Part shown: piece after piece, positions 1 to 10,734 of the stretch | How the letters are laid out: each line of letters starts with the position of its first letter | Numbering within the stretch: position 1 is the stretch's first letter | DNA from: Bauldia sp. | GTDB lineage: Bacteria; Pseudomonadota; Alphaproteobacteria; Rhizobiales; Kaistiaceae | NCBI RefSeq assembly: GCF_965232525.1 | Contig: NZ_OZ246980.1 | Coordinates: 3,872,543-3,936,542 of the forward strand | Length of the DNA stretch: 64,000 bases | Reading direction: 5' to 3' | Translations under genes and position numbers: made by a program | The notes under the pieces: model-generated | Seen by the model: only the letters and a program-made list of their open reading frames with translations | The model's database searches: none | Told to the model about the DNA's origin: nothing

Positions 1-432
1 CACGTCCCGTTGTCGACACGCCGCGGCAAGACCGACGAACGTATCGCGCGTGCGGTGGCACATCATGAACGGCCCGGCGACGATGTTCTCCTGGCGTCGA
101 AGCCAGTCGTTGTAGAACGCGGTCTTGAACAGTTCGCGCCGTTCCAGTGCCTGGTCCGATGTGCCGACCTGGCCGGCGGGCATCATCAGATTCATGTGCA
201 TCCAGGGGTTCTGGTCGGCGAAGTGCTCGTGATACCGGTTGACCTCGGACGGATCGAGCCCACCGGCGACGATCCCAAGGCTTTCGTTCCTGGCGAGGTT
301 ATGGCCGAACATCATGATCGGCACAGACAGAACGTGGTTCAACTCCTCACAGACCGCCCGCCACACAGTGCGATCGGTCTGTGTCGCATAGACCAGGGAG
401 AGCAACCGATCCGGGATACCGCCTCCGCGCAT
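1..432 (-). CDS. Partial (runs off the left edge) probable GAF/PAS-LuxR-type transcriptional regulator, N-terminal sensory region
   Basis: Not in the ORF track. Manual translation from ATG at 432 gives MRGGGIPDRLLSLVYATQTDRTVWRAVCEELNHVLSVPIMMFGH...YHEHFADQNPW...LFKTAFYNDWLRRQ, open to base 1. The pattern resembles the N-terminus of LuxR-CTD regulators; the HTH would lie outside the window. Confidence 0.6.
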   Translation of the reverse strand, partial: MRGGGIPDRLLSLVYATQTDRTVWRAVCEELNHVLSVPIMMFGHNLARNESLGIVAGGLDPSEVNRYHEHFADQNPWMHMNLMMPAGQVGTSDQALERRELFKTAFYNDWLRRQENIVAGPFMMCHRTRDTFVGLAAACRQRDV

Positions 433-523
433 GCCTTTCGCTCGCCTTTGGCCGGCAAGAATGGCACGGGCTTGGCGCCGGAATCAAAAACCTGCGGTGG
501 TTCCCCAGCCGAGCGTGTTGCGG

Positions 524-2599
524 CTACTCCTCAACCGCGTCACAAGGCGGAGGCGGCGGCACCCGAACATAGACATCGGCGACCGTCACCCAGCCGTCCG
601 GCGCGATGTCGAGGATCCAATCGCACATCGTATCGGCGTCGACCGGCACGACTTCGATCAGTCCGGTGGGGACGGGGCCGTAACCGGTGTCGATCTCCGC
701 GTCGAACAGTGGCGCGTTGCCCGAGGCCATGGCGACCGCCGCGTCCACCGCCTCACGCGCCATGCGCTCGATTTCGGTCCACACCGTCATGGTGATCGTC
801 CCTTCGACGATCAACTGATCGTTGGGGATGTCCGCGTCGAGTCCGGAGACGAACACCTCGCCATCGCGCCCGACGTCGTGAAGTGCCCCGGCAACCCCGA
901 GGGCGAGCGTGTCGTTGGAGACGACGAACGCGTCGACGTCCGACTGGATCAGCGCGATCTCGGCGGTCTGGCGAGCATCGTACGATGACCAGTCGGCATG
1001 CCACCGATCGGTGGTGATCTCGATCTCGCCAGCCTCAGCCAACGGCCCGAGAACGGCGTCGTAGACATCGGCCATTTCGCGGGCCACGGCGTTGCCACGA
1101 TCGCCCTTGATCAGGGCATAGCGCGGCGGATCGGCCGCGTCTGGCGGCGCGAAGGCGAGCGCCGCGTCGACCTGTAGTTGGGCGGCCGCTGCGTTGTCGC
1201 GGGTGACGAAATAATCGATTCCCGCGCTTTCCACCGGAATGTCGTAAACGACGATCGGTATGCCGACGCTGTTGGCCCGCTCGACGAAGCGGCGTGCCGC
1301 GCCGCCGTCCACCGCGACAACGATCAGCGCATCGACCTTGTTGGCGATCAGAATGTCCACCTGCCACAACTGATCGATGGCGTCGCCATACGCCCATTGG
1401 ACCATCAGTTCGGCGCCGATCTCGTCGGCGCGTTCCTGCATCGCCGCCACGTCGAAGTCCCAGCGCGGCTGCGCCCTGGTCGCCATCGCCACGCCGATGG
1501 TAACGACTTGGTCATCCGGCGGCGGCACGACCTCGCAGGCGGCCGGGCGGGGCAGTCGGCCATAGACATCGTCCGGCGTGGCCCAGCCATCCGGCGCGAT
1601 GTCGAGGATCCACTCGCACATGTTGTCGGCGGTGACCGGCACCACCTCGATCAATGCGGTCGGAATCGGGCCGGCGCCGAGATCGACGGTGGTGTCGAAC
1701 CGCGGCGGCTCGCCCTTGGCGAGGGCCACCGCCGCGTCGATCGCCTCCTCCGCCATCACCTCGATCTGCGTCCACACCGTCATGTCGATGACGCCCTCGA
1801 CGATCAGCGTGTCGTTGATGATGTCGGCGTCCAGCCCCGATACGAACACCCCGTCGTCCTGCTGCCGCGCATCGATCAGCGCGCGGGCGACCCCCACTGC
1901 CAGCGTATCGTTCGACGCGACGAAAGCATCGACACCGCGGATGATGGCGGCCTCTGCGGTGGTACGCGCCTCGAGCGAGGACCACTCCGCGTGCCATCGG
2001 TCGAAGACTATGTCGATCTCGCCGGCATCGGCCAGCGGCCGCAGCGTTTCTTCGTAGACATCGGCAATCGCCCGCGCGACCGGGTTGGATTGATCGCCCT
2101 TGATCAGGGCATAGGCCGGCGGATCGTCGGCATTGGGCGGCGCGGCGGCAAGCGCCGCCTCGACCTGCAGCCGCCCGACGGCCTCGTTGTCGCGGGTCAG
2201 GAAGTAGTCGATGTTGGCGTCGGCAATGCCGATGTCATAGGCGATGATCGGAATGTCCGCGTCGTTCGCCTCGGTGACCAGGCGTTGCGACGCCGCGTCG
2301 TCGACGGCGACGACGATCAGCGCGTCGACATGGCGGTTGATCAGGGTCTCGACCTGCCAGAGCTGCCCTGCGGCATCGCCATAGGCCCAGTCGACGATCA
2401 GTTCCGCGCCGACCTCCTCGGCGCGTTCTTGCATCGCGGCCACGTCGAAAGTCCAGCGCGGCTGCGCCTTGGTCGCCATCGCGACACCGATCGTGATCGG
2501 TCCGTCATCGGACTGATCCTGCGCGCCTGCACCACCGGTGAACCCGGCCCAAGCGAACGCCGCGAGTAGGAAACCGATCGTCAGTCTTGGCATCGTCAC
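524..2599 (-). CDS. Periplasmic sugar-binding protein (XylF/ChvE-like), two tandem SBP modules in one polypeptide
   Basis: Signal peptide, then two copies of TIGVAMAT.AQPRW.FDVAAMQERA.E.GAEL...VDALIVVAVD...D.FV.SNDTLA.GVA...VSGLDADI. Confidence 0.85.
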   Translation of the reverse strand: MTMPRLTIGFLLAAFAWAGFTGGAGAQDQSDDGPITIGVAMATKAQPRWTFDVAAMQERAEEVGAELIVDWAYGDAAGQLWQVETLINRHVDALIVVAVDDAASQRLVTEANDADIPIIAYDIGIADANIDYFLTRDNEAVGRLQVEAALAAAPPNADDPPAYALIKGDQSNPVARAIADVYEETLRPLADAGEIDIVFDRWHAEWSSLEARTTAEAAIIRGVDAFVASNDTLAVGVARALIDARQQDDGVFVSGLDADIINDTLIVEGVIDMTVWTQIEVMAEEAIDAAVALAKGEPPRFDTTVDLGAGPIPTALIEVVPVTADNMCEWILDIAPDGWATPDDVYGRLPRPAACEVVPPPDDQVVTIGVAMATRAQPRWDFDVAAMQERADEIGAELMVQWAYGDAIDQLWQVDILIANKVDALIVVAVDGGAARRFVERANSVGIPIVVYDIPVESAGIDYFVTRDNAAAAQLQVDAALAFAPPDAADPPRYALIKGDRGNAVAREMADVYDAVLGPLAEAGEIEITTDRWHADWSSYDARQTAEIALIQSDVDAFVVSNDTLALGVAGALHDVGRDGEVFVSGLDADIPNDQLIVEGTITMTVWTEIERMAREAVDAAVAMASGNAPLFDAEIDTGYGPVPTGLIEVVPVDADTMCDWILDIAPDGWVTVADVYVRVPPPPPCDAVEE

Positions 2600-2714
2600 C
2601 CCCGTTTCAAGGAGAGCGCCCTAACCGCCGGCCCGTTGATCCGCACCCGGCTTGCGCCCTCGCATCTGCCGGTTTGTCTACCGGAGACCATCGCAACAGT
2701 GAAGCCGTCGCGGT

Positions 2715-3422
2715 TCATCCACTCAACAGCCAGCCGCCGTCGACATCGACGGTCGTTCCCGTCACGAAGTCATTCTCGATGAGGAATATGATCGCCATCG
2801 CGACCTCGTCCGGTGCTCCGCCGCGCGGAATGATGTGGCCGGCGGAGCGTTCGTTGACGGCGGCGGTGCGCTCGGATCCCGCCGGGCCGAACATCGGTGT
2901 GTCGATGAAGCCAGGCGAGACCACATTGATCCGCCGCGGCGCGATTTCCGGGGCGAGGCCACGCACGAAGGCTTCGACTGCACCACCCACGGAGGCCAGC
3001 GAGATTTGGCCCGGCTTTTTCCGCCGCGCCGGGGCGCCGCTGACCAGCACGATGCAGCCGTCCGGCGGCAGGAACTCCGCGCCGAACCGAACGGCATTGG
3101 CATAGCCCCAGAGCTTGTTGAACGACCCGCGATAGCCGGCCATGTCCATCTCCAGAAACGGCCCGACCGCCCGGTCGCCGCCCGTCGCGGCGTTGATCAG
3201 AATATCGTAGGGCGCCGTCTCGGCGCAAAGCTTGGCGACTGCCGCCTCATCGCGCACGTCGCACGACGTGAATGTGACACCCGGCGGTGGGTCACCGGCC
3301 CGATCCGGATTGCGGCTCGCTGCCACCACCGTCGCGCCGCGTTCCACGAGTTGGCTCGCCGCGGCAAGCCCGATCCCCGATGTTCCGCCGAAGACCAGTG
3401 CCTTCTTTCCAGCAATGTCCAT
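2715..3422 (-). CDS. Short-chain dehydrogenase/reductase (SDR)
   Basis: GGTSGIG Rossmann motif, RINVVSPG.IDTP, C-terminal VTGTTVDVDGG. Confidence 0.9.
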   Translation of the reverse strand: MDIAGKKALVFGGTSGIGLAAASQLVERGATVVAASRNPDRAGDPPPGVTFTSCDVRDEAAVAKLCAETAPYDILINAATGGDRAVGPFLEMDMAGYRGSFNKLWGYANAVRFGAEFLPPDGCIVLVSGAPARRKKPGQISLASVGGAVEAFVRGLAPEIAPRRINVVSPGFIDTPMFGPAGSERTAAVNERSAGHIIPRGGAPDEVAMAIIFLIENDFVTGTTVDVDGGWLLSG

Positions 3423-3500
3423 CCGTCACCCCTCTTTTCCTGATGTCTCCGCGTGGTCAGCACCTAGAACGCCGACGCCGCCATTGCAAACGCAGGGCGC

Positions 3501-4514
3501 TCAAGTCCGCGGAATCGTTGCGGCCGCGCGGTCCCAGGTGTCCACGATCTCGTCGACCACAACGCGCCCCACAGCGTAGGCCGCTTCGACCGCCGCGCCC
3601 TTGGCCGAGAACGATGCGCTTTCGACCGCGAGGCTCTCCGCCGCGGTCTGCTCGTCCGGCTGAGCGGTGAAGTTGCTCGTCGTGCGCAGCACCAGGACCC
3701 GGTCGCGGTCGACCCGCCCCGCCACCGCCAGCCGGGTCAGCGCCGCCAGCGTACCGGTGTCTTCCATCGCGCTGGTTGCGAAAGTGCCGGCCCCGTCGGT
3801 CCAGTAACGCACCCAATCGCTGGCCCAGTCGTTCATCCAGTGCCCGTGCCAGAAGGTCGCCGTCGACAGCGTATCGCCCTTCATGACAATCGGCGGCTTG
3901 GCCGCCGCTTCGGACGCCGAGAAGGTCGCGAGCCACGCCTCCAGCCCGACCGGCGGCGTGATCGCCACGTTGCGAGTCAATTGATACGCCCAATCGACCA
4001 GCCCCGGGTCGAGGTGATAGACGTTGCCCCATTGGTCGGACGGCCGCGGCTGTTCATAGGGCCGCGACCGGAACAAGGGGATGAACCCCGTGTCCCAGTC
4101 GGCAGGGATCTCCCGCCCGTCGATCTGATGGGCGAGATCGCCGTCGACCACCCACTCGGCCCAGCACGCCGAGGCAAGTGGCACGAGCCGGGCATTGCCG
4201 CCGGCCACACCCGCCACCAGCCAGTAGCTCCGGGTGAGATCGAAACGCGGATCGAGGCCGAGCGCCGTTATGGTTGCCGCCGCCCGCGCCGTGCCTACCC
4301 CGGTATTGACCACCAGCACTCCGCGCGATCGGTCGAGCGCCAGCGGCTCGTCGCTGATCGGAAACGGAAGCCGTTCGGCGAAGGCCGGCCGGTCGGCCCA
4401 GATGCGATACTCGCCGACTTCGGTGTCGGTCTCGCCGATCGACTCATACATGGTCACGATCACGACGCGGATCGGGATCGGTTGAGCGTCGCCGTCCGCC
4501 GCTGCCTCGGTCAT
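3501..4514 (-). CDS. Purine nucleoside permease (NUP) family protein, nucleoside-phosphorylase-like fold
   Basis: Motifs [11 protein letters not shown]...[31 protein letters not shown]...FWHG, SAMEDTG, VLVLRT.SNF. Start reassigned to ATG 4514, which overlaps the upstream stop (ATGA). Confidence 0.8.
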   Translation of the reverse strand: MTEAAADGDAQPIPIRVVIVTMYESIGETDTEVGEYRIWADRPAFAERLPFPISDEPLALDRSRGVLVVNTGVGTARAAATITALGLDPRFDLTRSYWLVAGVAGGNARLVPLASACWAEWVVDGDLAHQIDGREIPADWDTGFIPLFRSRPYEQPRPSDQWGNVYHLDPGLVDWAYQLTRNVAITPPVGLEAWLATFSASEAAAKPPIVMKGDTLSTATFWHGHWMNDWASDWVRYWTDGAGTFATSAMEDTGTLAALTRLAVAGRVDRDRVLVLRTTSNFTAQPDEQTAAESLAVESASFSAKGAAVEAAYAVGRVVVDEIVDTWDRAAATIPRT

Positions 4515-5086
4515 CCGTCTTCTCCGTCGCGGGTGGCAGTCGCCGGTGTCTCCCCCGGCCACGCGACGACGTGGTTCTCAAGATCCTCGGGCGCGAGTCC
4601 CTCCTCGCTGATCGTCCGCCCCCGCACCGAGATACCGGCATAATGAACGGTGTCCGGATCGCCGGACACCAGCGGGTGCCACCAGTAGAGGTCGCGCCCC
4701 TCCGCCACCAGCTTGTAGGCGCAGGTTGGCGGCAGCCACGTCAGCCGCGGCACGTTTTCCGGGGTAAGCGGTTGGCAGTCCGGCACCCGGGCCGTCCGAT
4801 TGGGATAGTCGGTGCAGGTACAGGTCTCGTCGTCGAGCAGGCGACAGACCACCTCGGTCCAGAAGATCTCGCCGGTGTCCCAGTCCTCGAGCTTGTTGAG
4901 GCAGCAGCGCGCACAGCCGTCGCACAGCGACTCCCACTCGTCTTGCGACATCTCGCTCAAAGATAGCCGCCGCCAGAACGGAATCTCCTGATCCCCCGCG
5001 GAAGGCGCCGCGAGGTCCGTCGGGGGGTCCGCTTCGGCCGGCCAATCGCTGGGCCCGGTGGGCGGTCTGTTTTTGTTTGAATCCAT
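4511..5086 (-). CDS. ycgN: YcgN family cysteine-cluster protein (UPF0260)
   Basis: [29 protein letters not shown]...[20 protein letters not shown]. Start moved to ATG 5086. Confidence 0.88.
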   Translation of the reverse strand: MDSNKNRPPTGPSDWPAEADPPTDLAAPSAGDQEIPFWRRLSLSEMSQDEWESLCDGCARCCLNKLEDWDTGEIFWTEVVCRLLDDETCTCTDYPNRTARVPDCQPLTPENVPRLTWLPPTCAYKLVAEGRDLYWWHPLVSGDPDTVHYAGISVRGRTISEEGLAPEDLENHVVAWPGETPATATRDGEDG

Positions 5087-5256
5087 GATCTCTCGATACA
5101 TCACGGCTGTGGCGCGGACCAGCCGATGCCCACTTTGAGCTGTCATCGGGGCCGCCTGCGACTGATGGGCGAGGCCTTCCTTCTCAAGCGCCCCTTGCCT
5201 ATCCTGCGCCAATCGGCGACACCGTCTCAACCAGTCACGTCGTCCGGACAGATTCT

Positions 5257-7464
5257 GTGCCCTTGCGTGATCCTTTCCAGTCGACCAACCGCAAACGGCG
5301 GTCCATCCGCCTGATCGACATCGATTCCTGGGTCGATACCGGTCTCTTCCGCATCGGTCGCTTCATTGCCGGCTGGGCCGAATCCTTCTCGGTATTCATG
5401 CGTCGGTTCCGCCTGACCGGCGTCTCCCGTGCGACCGCTGAAGTCGGGTCCGACGTGCTCACCCTTGGCCTCGGCGGCGCCATTCTCGCCCTCGCCCTGG
5501 CGCTTCCCGCCTTCGACGCCACTCGCCTCGGCTGGCGGGCGCAGGGCGACTATTCGGTGACCTTCCTCGACCGCAACGGCACCGAGATCGGCAAGCGCGG
5601 CATCAAGCGCAAGGAGACGGTGCCGCTGGAGGAAATGCCGGATCATCTCATCAAGGCGGTTCTCGCCACCGAGGACCGGCGCTTCTTCGAGCATTTCGGC
5701 ATCGACGTCTTCGGCACGATCCGCGCTATGAACGAAAACCTGCGCGCCGCGGCGGTGGTCCAGGGCGGCTCGTCGATCACCCAGCAACTCGCCAAGAACC
5801 TGTTCCTGTCGAACGAACGGACCATCGAGCGCAAGGTCAAGGAAGCGTTTCTCGCCCTGTGGCTCGAGGCCAACCTGTCGAAGGATGAGATCCTCAAGCT
5901 CTATCTCGACCGGGCCTATATGGGTGGCGGCAATTTCGGTGTCGAGGCGGCGTCGGAATTCTATTTCGACAAGGCGGTGACGGACGTGAACCTGGCGGAG
6001 TCGGCGCTGCTCGCGGGCCTGTTCAAGGCGCCGGCGCGCTACGCCCCGCATATCAACCTGCCGGCGGCCCGGGCCCGCGCCAACGAAGTGCTCACCAATA
6101 TGGTGCAGGCCGACTTCCTCACCGAGGGCCAGGTGATCGGCGCCCGCCGCCGTCCCGCCAACGTCATCGAGCAGCCGGATGTCGCCGGCTCGCCCAACTA
6201 CTTCATGGACTGGGCCTTCGAGGAGGTGAAGAGGCTCAGTCCGCGCGGCGATCGCAGCCTGACAGTACGCACCACCGTCGACGTCTCGTTGCAGACCGCG
6301 GCCAACGAAGCCGTCGAATCGATCTTGCGCGAGAACAGCGACTCCTACCGCGCCCGACAGGCGGCGCTGGTCGCGGTGGAGCCGGACGGCGCCGTCCGCG
6401 CGATGGTCGGCGGGCGTGACTATGGCGAGAGCCAGTTCAACCGCGCCACCGACGCGCTTCGCCAGCCGGGTTCGTCGTTCAAGCCGTTCGTCTACGCCAC
6501 CGCCATGCTGAACGGCTTCAACCCGGGCAGCGTGGTGCGCGACGCGCCGATCTGCATCGGCGGCTGGTGCCCGCGCAACTATAACGGCCGCTTCTCCGGC
6601 CCGGTGTCGCTGACCACCGCGCTGGTGAAGTCGATCAACGTGGTGCCGGTCCGGCTCGCCCAGAACATCGGCCGCGACAAGATTGTCGATGTCGCCAAGA
6701 AGATGGGCCTGTCCACCGAGCTTTTGATCACCCGCTCGCTGCCGCTCGGCGCGGCCGAGGTTCGGGTTGTCGACATGGCGGGCGCCTACGCGGTGTTGGC
6801 GAATGGCGGCTACCGGGCGACGCCCTACGCCTTCACTCAGATCATCACCAGCCGCGGCGATGTCATCTACGACCGCCGCGAGGACGCGCCGCCGCAGGAG
6901 CGCGCCCTGCCGGACGAAGCGGTCGCCGCGATGAACGAGATCCTGGTTCAGGTGCCAGAATGGGGGACGGGTCGCCGGGCGAAGCTCGAAGGCATCCGCA
7001 CCGCTGGCAAGACCGGCACGACATCGGCTTATCGCGACGCCTGGTTCGTCGGCTACACCGGCAACTATGTCGCCGCGGTGTGGATGGGCAACGACAACTA
7101 CCAGCCGACCCGGCGGCTCACCGGCGGACGGCTCCCGGCGATGACCTGGAACCGGTTCATGACCTTCGCCCACGACGGCGTGGAGATTAAGCCGATCCCG
7201 TTCGTCGACGATCCCGAGGCCGAGACGGACGACGGGGCCGCGGCGGTCGCCGACGCCACCGCCGACGAAAACGCCGTCCGCGCGCCATCGAGCCTGTCGG
7301 CGGCGACCACGACACGGCTGATCCGGCTGCAGGATCTGATGCGCGACGCGCCGAAGGTCGGACCAGTCGCCGACTTCAAGCCCTCGGCGCCGCCCGCCGC
7401 CTTCGGTGTCGCCGGCGGCGAGACGGTCGTCGACGTCCTGCCGCCGTCGCCGGTCGCCCAGTAG
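5257..7464 (+). CDS. Class A penicillin-binding protein (PBP1A family, transglycosylase/transpeptidase)
   Basis: TM anchor, [35 protein letters not shown] (SxxK), SIN, KTGT. Confidence 0.95.
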   Translation: MPLRDPFQSTNRKRRSIRLIDIDSWVDTGLFRIGRFIAGWAESFSVFMRRFRLTGVSRATAEVGSDVLTLGLGGAILALALALPAFDATRLGWRAQGDYSVTFLDRNGTEIGKRGIKRKETVPLEEMPDHLIKAVLATEDRRFFEHFGIDVFGTIRAMNENLRAAAVVQGGSSITQQLAKNLFLSNERTIERKVKEAFLALWLEANLSKDEILKLYLDRAYMGGGNFGVEAASEFYFDKAVTDVNLAESALLAGLFKAPARYAPHINLPAARARANEVLTNMVQADFLTEGQVIGARRRPANVIEQPDVAGSPNYFMDWAFEEVKRLSPRGDRSLTVRTTVDVSLQTAANEAVESILRENSDSYRARQAALVAVEPDGAVRAMVGGRDYGESQFNRATDALRQPGSSFKPFVYATAMLNGFNPGSVVRDAPICIGGWCPRNYNGRFSGPVSLTTALVKSINVVPVRLAQNIGRDKIVDVAKKMGLSTELLITRSLPLGAAEVRVVDMAGAYAVLANGGYRATPYAFTQIITSRGDVIYDRREDAPPQERALPDEAVAAMNEILVQVPEWGTGRRAKLEGIRTAGKTGTTSAYRDAWFVGYTGNYVAAVWMGNDNYQPTRRLTGGRLPAMTWNRFMTFAHDGVEIKPIPFVDDPEAETDDGAAAVADATADENAVRAPSSLSAATTTRLIRLQDLMRDAPKVGPVADFKPSAPPAAFGVAGGETVVDVLPPSPVAQ

Positions 7465-7531
7465 ACGTCGGCCGTCGGCGCCGCCGATGTCGCCGGGTCC
7501 CGCGAAACCCCAGCAAGCCGGGATACGCTGA

Positions 7532-8107
7532 TTGCGACCGCTCACCGACATCGCGATAGCCATCGCCATTGCCGCAGTCGTCGGTCTGACCAGCGCCTGG
7601 TTCGCGATCGAGCGCGGCTACATCTTCGGCGCCGTGTCGAGCGGCGAGTGGACTGCCTGGCTCTCCGCCGGCGCTTCCGATGCCGACCCCTATGCCATGG
7701 CCCATCTGGCCCGCACTGGTGAGGTGCCGCTCGGCGCCGGCGAAGGGCTCGCCTTCAACACCGCCGTCGACCATGACGGTGAACCGCTGACTGGCGGCTG
7801 CACCTACCGGATCGTCGGCCAGACCCCTGCGGCTCGGCTCTGGACGCTCACCGCCTACGATGCCGAGGGGCGGCTGATGGCCAATCCCGCCCAGCGGTCC
7901 GGGTTTCACTCCCGCGAGATCGTCCGCCGCCCCGACGGCAGTTTCGACATCGCCGTATCCAGCGACGTCCAGTCGGGCAATTGGCTGCCGGTCGATCCGA
8001 GCGGCGACTTCACCCTGACCCTGCGGCTCTACGATACGCCGCTCACCACCGGGGGCACCCTCGTCGACTCCGACATGCCGGCAATCCGCCGCGAGGCATG
8101 CCGATGA
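7532..8107 (+). CDS. DUF1214 domain protein
   Basis: N-terminal TM, DPY..A, D.DGEPL.G.CTYRI.G..P.ARLWTLT.YD; usual partner of PBP1A and DUF1254. Confidence 0.75.
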   Translation: MRPLTDIAIAIAIAAVVGLTSAWFAIERGYIFGAVSSGEWTAWLSAGASDADPYAMAHLARTGEVPLGAGEGLAFNTAVDHDGEPLTGGCTYRIVGQTPAARLWTLTAYDAEGRLMANPAQRSGFHSREIVRRPDGSFDIAVSSDVQSGNWLPVDPSGDFTLTLRLYDTPLTTGGTLVDSDMPAIRREACR

Positions 8108-8649
8108 ACCGCACCTGGCTCTATGTGGTTGGGGGCGTGCTGCTGGCCGGCGTCATTCATATCGCCACTGTGGTGATGGTCCCCTACTTCGCCACCGACG
8201 ATGCCTGGTCGGCGATGACCACCTTCGGCCGCGAAGACACCTTCCACACCCTGCCGCGCACGGAAGCTGGCGCCGAGCCGCTCGCTTCGCTTGACCCGCA
8301 TATGCTCTACGCCGTGTGCCGCTTTTCTCTGACCGACGGGCCGTTGCGGATCACCGCGACGTTGCCCAACGACTTCTGGTCGATCGCGGTGTTCGACCGG
8401 CGCGGCCGCAACCGGTTCAGCCTGAACCAGCGCTCGGCGGAACGCTCCGAACTCGACATGGCGGTGATCACGCCGGTGCAGATGGCCCAGCTTCGCCAGG
8501 ACCCGCCGTCCGCGCTCGAGACCGCAATCGTGGTCGAGATTCCGCTTCAGCAGGGCTTCGCATTGATCCGCGTGTTCGTCGCCGACGAAACACTGCTGCC
8601 GCAGGCCCGCGCCGCCCTCGACACCGCCGATTGCGCCGGATCGCTCTAG
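8104..8649 (+). CDS. DUF1254 domain protein
   Basis: ATG 8104 overlaps the previous stop; MNRTWLYVVGGVLLAGVIHI, DP...YAVCRFSL..GP, FWSIAVFD..G.N.FSLN. Confidence 0.75.
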   Translation: MNRTWLYVVGGVLLAGVIHIATVVMVPYFATDDAWSAMTTFGREDTFHTLPRTEAGAEPLASLDPHMLYAVCRFSLTDGPLRITATLPNDFWSIAVFDRRGRNRFSLNQRSAERSELDMAVITPVQMAQLRQDPPSALETAIVVEIPLQQGFALIRVFVADETLLPQARAALDTADCAGSL

Positions 8650-8654
8650 AAGCC

Positions 8655-10229
8655 TCAGCTCCGTCGCGGATCGAGCGTCACCGCATAGAGTTCGTTGTCG
8701 TCGCGATCCATCAGCCGCACGGTGAGCTGCCCTGTCGGTCCGTCGATGTCGACCAGGCCGAAGAACTGGAGGCCGTCTGTCGGCGGCAGGTTGACGCCCT
8801 GGCCTTCCGCCGGTGCCTTCACGAACTTCACTTCCGGACCGAAGGTCATGTCGAGTGCGTTGGGGCCGAAGGTGCCGGCGTGGATCGGACCGGAGACGAA
8901 CTCCCAGAACGGGGTGAAGTCCTGGAACTGCGCGTTTGACGGATCGTAATAGTGCGCCGCCGTGTAGTGCACGTCGGCAGTCAGCCATACGGTATTGTTG
9001 ATCCCGGCATTCTTGATGAAGCGGAGCAGGTCGGCGACTTCGAGCTCGCGCCCCTTGGCCGGGCCGCTGTCGCCATTGGCGATCGCTTCGGCACCCGCTT
9101 GTTCCTGCCAGTTGTCCCATACGATCAGGCCGATCGGCATGTCGGAGGCGATCACCTTCCAGGTCGCATCGGAATTCGTCAGCTCGCGCTTCAGCCACGC
9201 TACCTGCCTGGCGCCGAGGACCCGCGCTTCCGGCGTCAGTTCGGTCTCCATCGACGGACCGTTCGGACCGCGATAAGAGCGCAGGTCGAGGAAGAACACG
9301 TCGAGATGCGGGCCGTAGGCGATCTTGCGGTAAACGCGCGCCGGATCGGTCGGCGTAAACCGGATCGGCATCATCTCATGGAACGCCCGCGTCGCGCGGG
9401 CGATGAGCAGCGGCACCGATTTTTCGGTGTAGCGGTCATCGCCGGAGAGGTCCTTGGCGCTCGACCAGTTGTTGACCACTTCATGGTCGTCCCATTGGGC
9501 GAAGGTCGGCACCTCGGCGTTGAACGCCCTGAGGTGCGCGTCGAGCATGTTGTACTTCCACTGGGCGCGGAACTCTTCGAGGGTTTCGGCGACCTTGCGC
9601 TTTTCGTCGATCAGCACGGTGTTCACCCATTGGGTGCCGTCGTCGAAATCGACCTCGTCCACCATCGGCCCGTCGGCGTAAACCGTGTCGCCGGAGTGGA
9701 TGAAGAAATCCGGCCGATGGCTGAGCATCGTCGCGTAGGTCTTCATGCCGGTTTCGTCGATGCCCCAGCCCTGCCCGGCGGTATCCCCCGACCAGGCGAA
9801 GGTAATGCTCCGCTGCGAGGTTGGCGCGGTTCTGAATCGCCCGACGATCGGCTCCGACACGGCGTTGACGTCGGATAGATCGGTGGCCGTCAGCCGATAG
9901 AAGATCTCCTGGTCAGAGGGAAGGCCGGTCACCAGCCGCTTCACCGCCATGTCCCCCTCGGGCAGCGCACCGAGCGGCGGCAGCGTGATCGCATCGTCGA
10001 ATCTGTCCGTCGTCGCGATCTCGAACACGACGTTGGCGGGCCGATCGACGCGGGTCCAGATCATGCCTGAGCTCATGTCGACGTCGCCCGACTGCACGCC
10101 ATGGGTGAAGACCGGCCGGGTGTTGGCCCGTGAATAATACGGCATGGCGATCCCGGAGGCGGCGACAAGACCGGCGGCACCGGCTGTGGTGAGGAACCCG
10201 CGACGGCTGACGGCAAGGCTCTTTTTCAT
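8655..10229 (-). CDS. phoD: Alkaline phosphatase D family, Tat-exported
   Basis: Tat motif SRRGFL, HGVQSGD, HSGDTVYAD, WDDHEVVNNW, DLRSYR, WLTADVHY. Start moved to ATG 10229. Confidence 0.92.
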   Translation of the reverse strand: MKKSLAVSRRGFLTTAGAAGLVAASGIAMPYYSRANTRPVFTHGVQSGDVDMSSGMIWTRVDRPANVVFEIATTDRFDDAITLPPLGALPEGDMAVKRLVTGLPSDQEIFYRLTATDLSDVNAVSEPIVGRFRTAPTSQRSITFAWSGDTAGQGWGIDETGMKTYATMLSHRPDFFIHSGDTVYADGPMVDEVDFDDGTQWVNTVLIDEKRKVAETLEEFRAQWKYNMLDAHLRAFNAEVPTFAQWDDHEVVNNWSSAKDLSGDDRYTEKSVPLLIARATRAFHEMMPIRFTPTDPARVYRKIAYGPHLDVFFLDLRSYRGPNGPSMETELTPEARVLGARQVAWLKRELTNSDATWKVIASDMPIGLIVWDNWQEQAGAEAIANGDSGPAKGRELEVADLLRFIKNAGINNTVWLTADVHYTAAHYYDPSNAQFQDFTPFWEFVSGPIHAGTFGPNALDMTFGPEVKFVKAPAEGQGVNLPPTDGLQFFGLVDIDGPTGQLTVRLMDRDDNELYAVTLDPRRS

Positions 10230-10302
10230 CGAGTTATTCCTCGAGGCTGGTGAGAGTGCTCTTAGAGTTGGTCTAATTTGATTGCACGCGATTGTCCAAG
10301 CC

Positions 10303-10320
10303 GTGACGATTCGGTGAACG
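10303..10320 (-). promoter_or_regulatory. Possible Pho box upstream of phoD
   Basis: CGTTCAC-cgaa-TCGTCAC on the minus strand, two 7-mers at 11-bp period, each with 2 mismatches to CTGTCAY. Confidence 0.3.
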
Positions 10321-10367
10321 CCTGTCGCGCGCGACAAGACGCGCCGTCGGGTCGCGGGATATTTGAA

Positions 10368-10571
10368 CTAGGACGTCTTGCGCGGCCGGTTGGTGCCGAG
10401 GTGATCGAACTCGCGGCGGCCGACGCTGTCCCTCAGGCGATAGCTGAGGTCGACCGCGGGGCGTTCGATCCGCACGCCCGGAAAGATCACCACCCGGCAC
10501 GGTTCTGACGTGCGCCTGGGCGCCGTGCGCCTGGCGGCGGACCGTGGATCGAACCTCAGAATCGTGCCCAT
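10368..10571 (-). CDS. Small conserved-type hypothetical protein (67 aa)
   Basis: MGTILRF...VVIFPGVRIER pattern that I recognise from small Rhizobiales proteins; fills the intergenic gap in normal orientation. Confidence 0.6.
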   Translation of the reverse strand: MGTILRFDPRSAARRTAPRRTSEPCRVVIFPGVRIERPAVDLSYRLRDSVGRREFDHLGTNRPRKTS

Positions 10572-10663
10572 GCGACCTCTGCGAGATCGGTTCGCCGGAT
10601 TCTTCGCCCCGGCCGGTGGCGAACGCTTCGGTTTGACTGGAGCCGATTAAGCTGCCGCTATGG

Positions 10664-10678
10664 TTAACAGCGTGCTAA
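10664..10678. promoter_or_regulatory. Candidate CtrA box
   Basis: TTAA-CAGCGTG-CTAA, one mismatch to TTAA-N7-TTAA, about 95 bp upstream of the 67-aa gene. Confidence 0.4.
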
Positions 10679-10734
10679 CCGGAGTGTCGCAAAGTCGTCA
10701 TCGGCCGGCACGCCGCCGATCCTCAATCCGCATG

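Noticed and set aside
5227-7569. 780-aa minus-strand ORF (also 10..795, 1178..2569, 29595..31292, 45270..46871, 58673..60535, 62052..63422 and similar)
   Set aside because: Antisense or alternative-frame shadows of well-supported genes; expected in high-GC DNA, where stop codons are scarce; no recognisable motifs.
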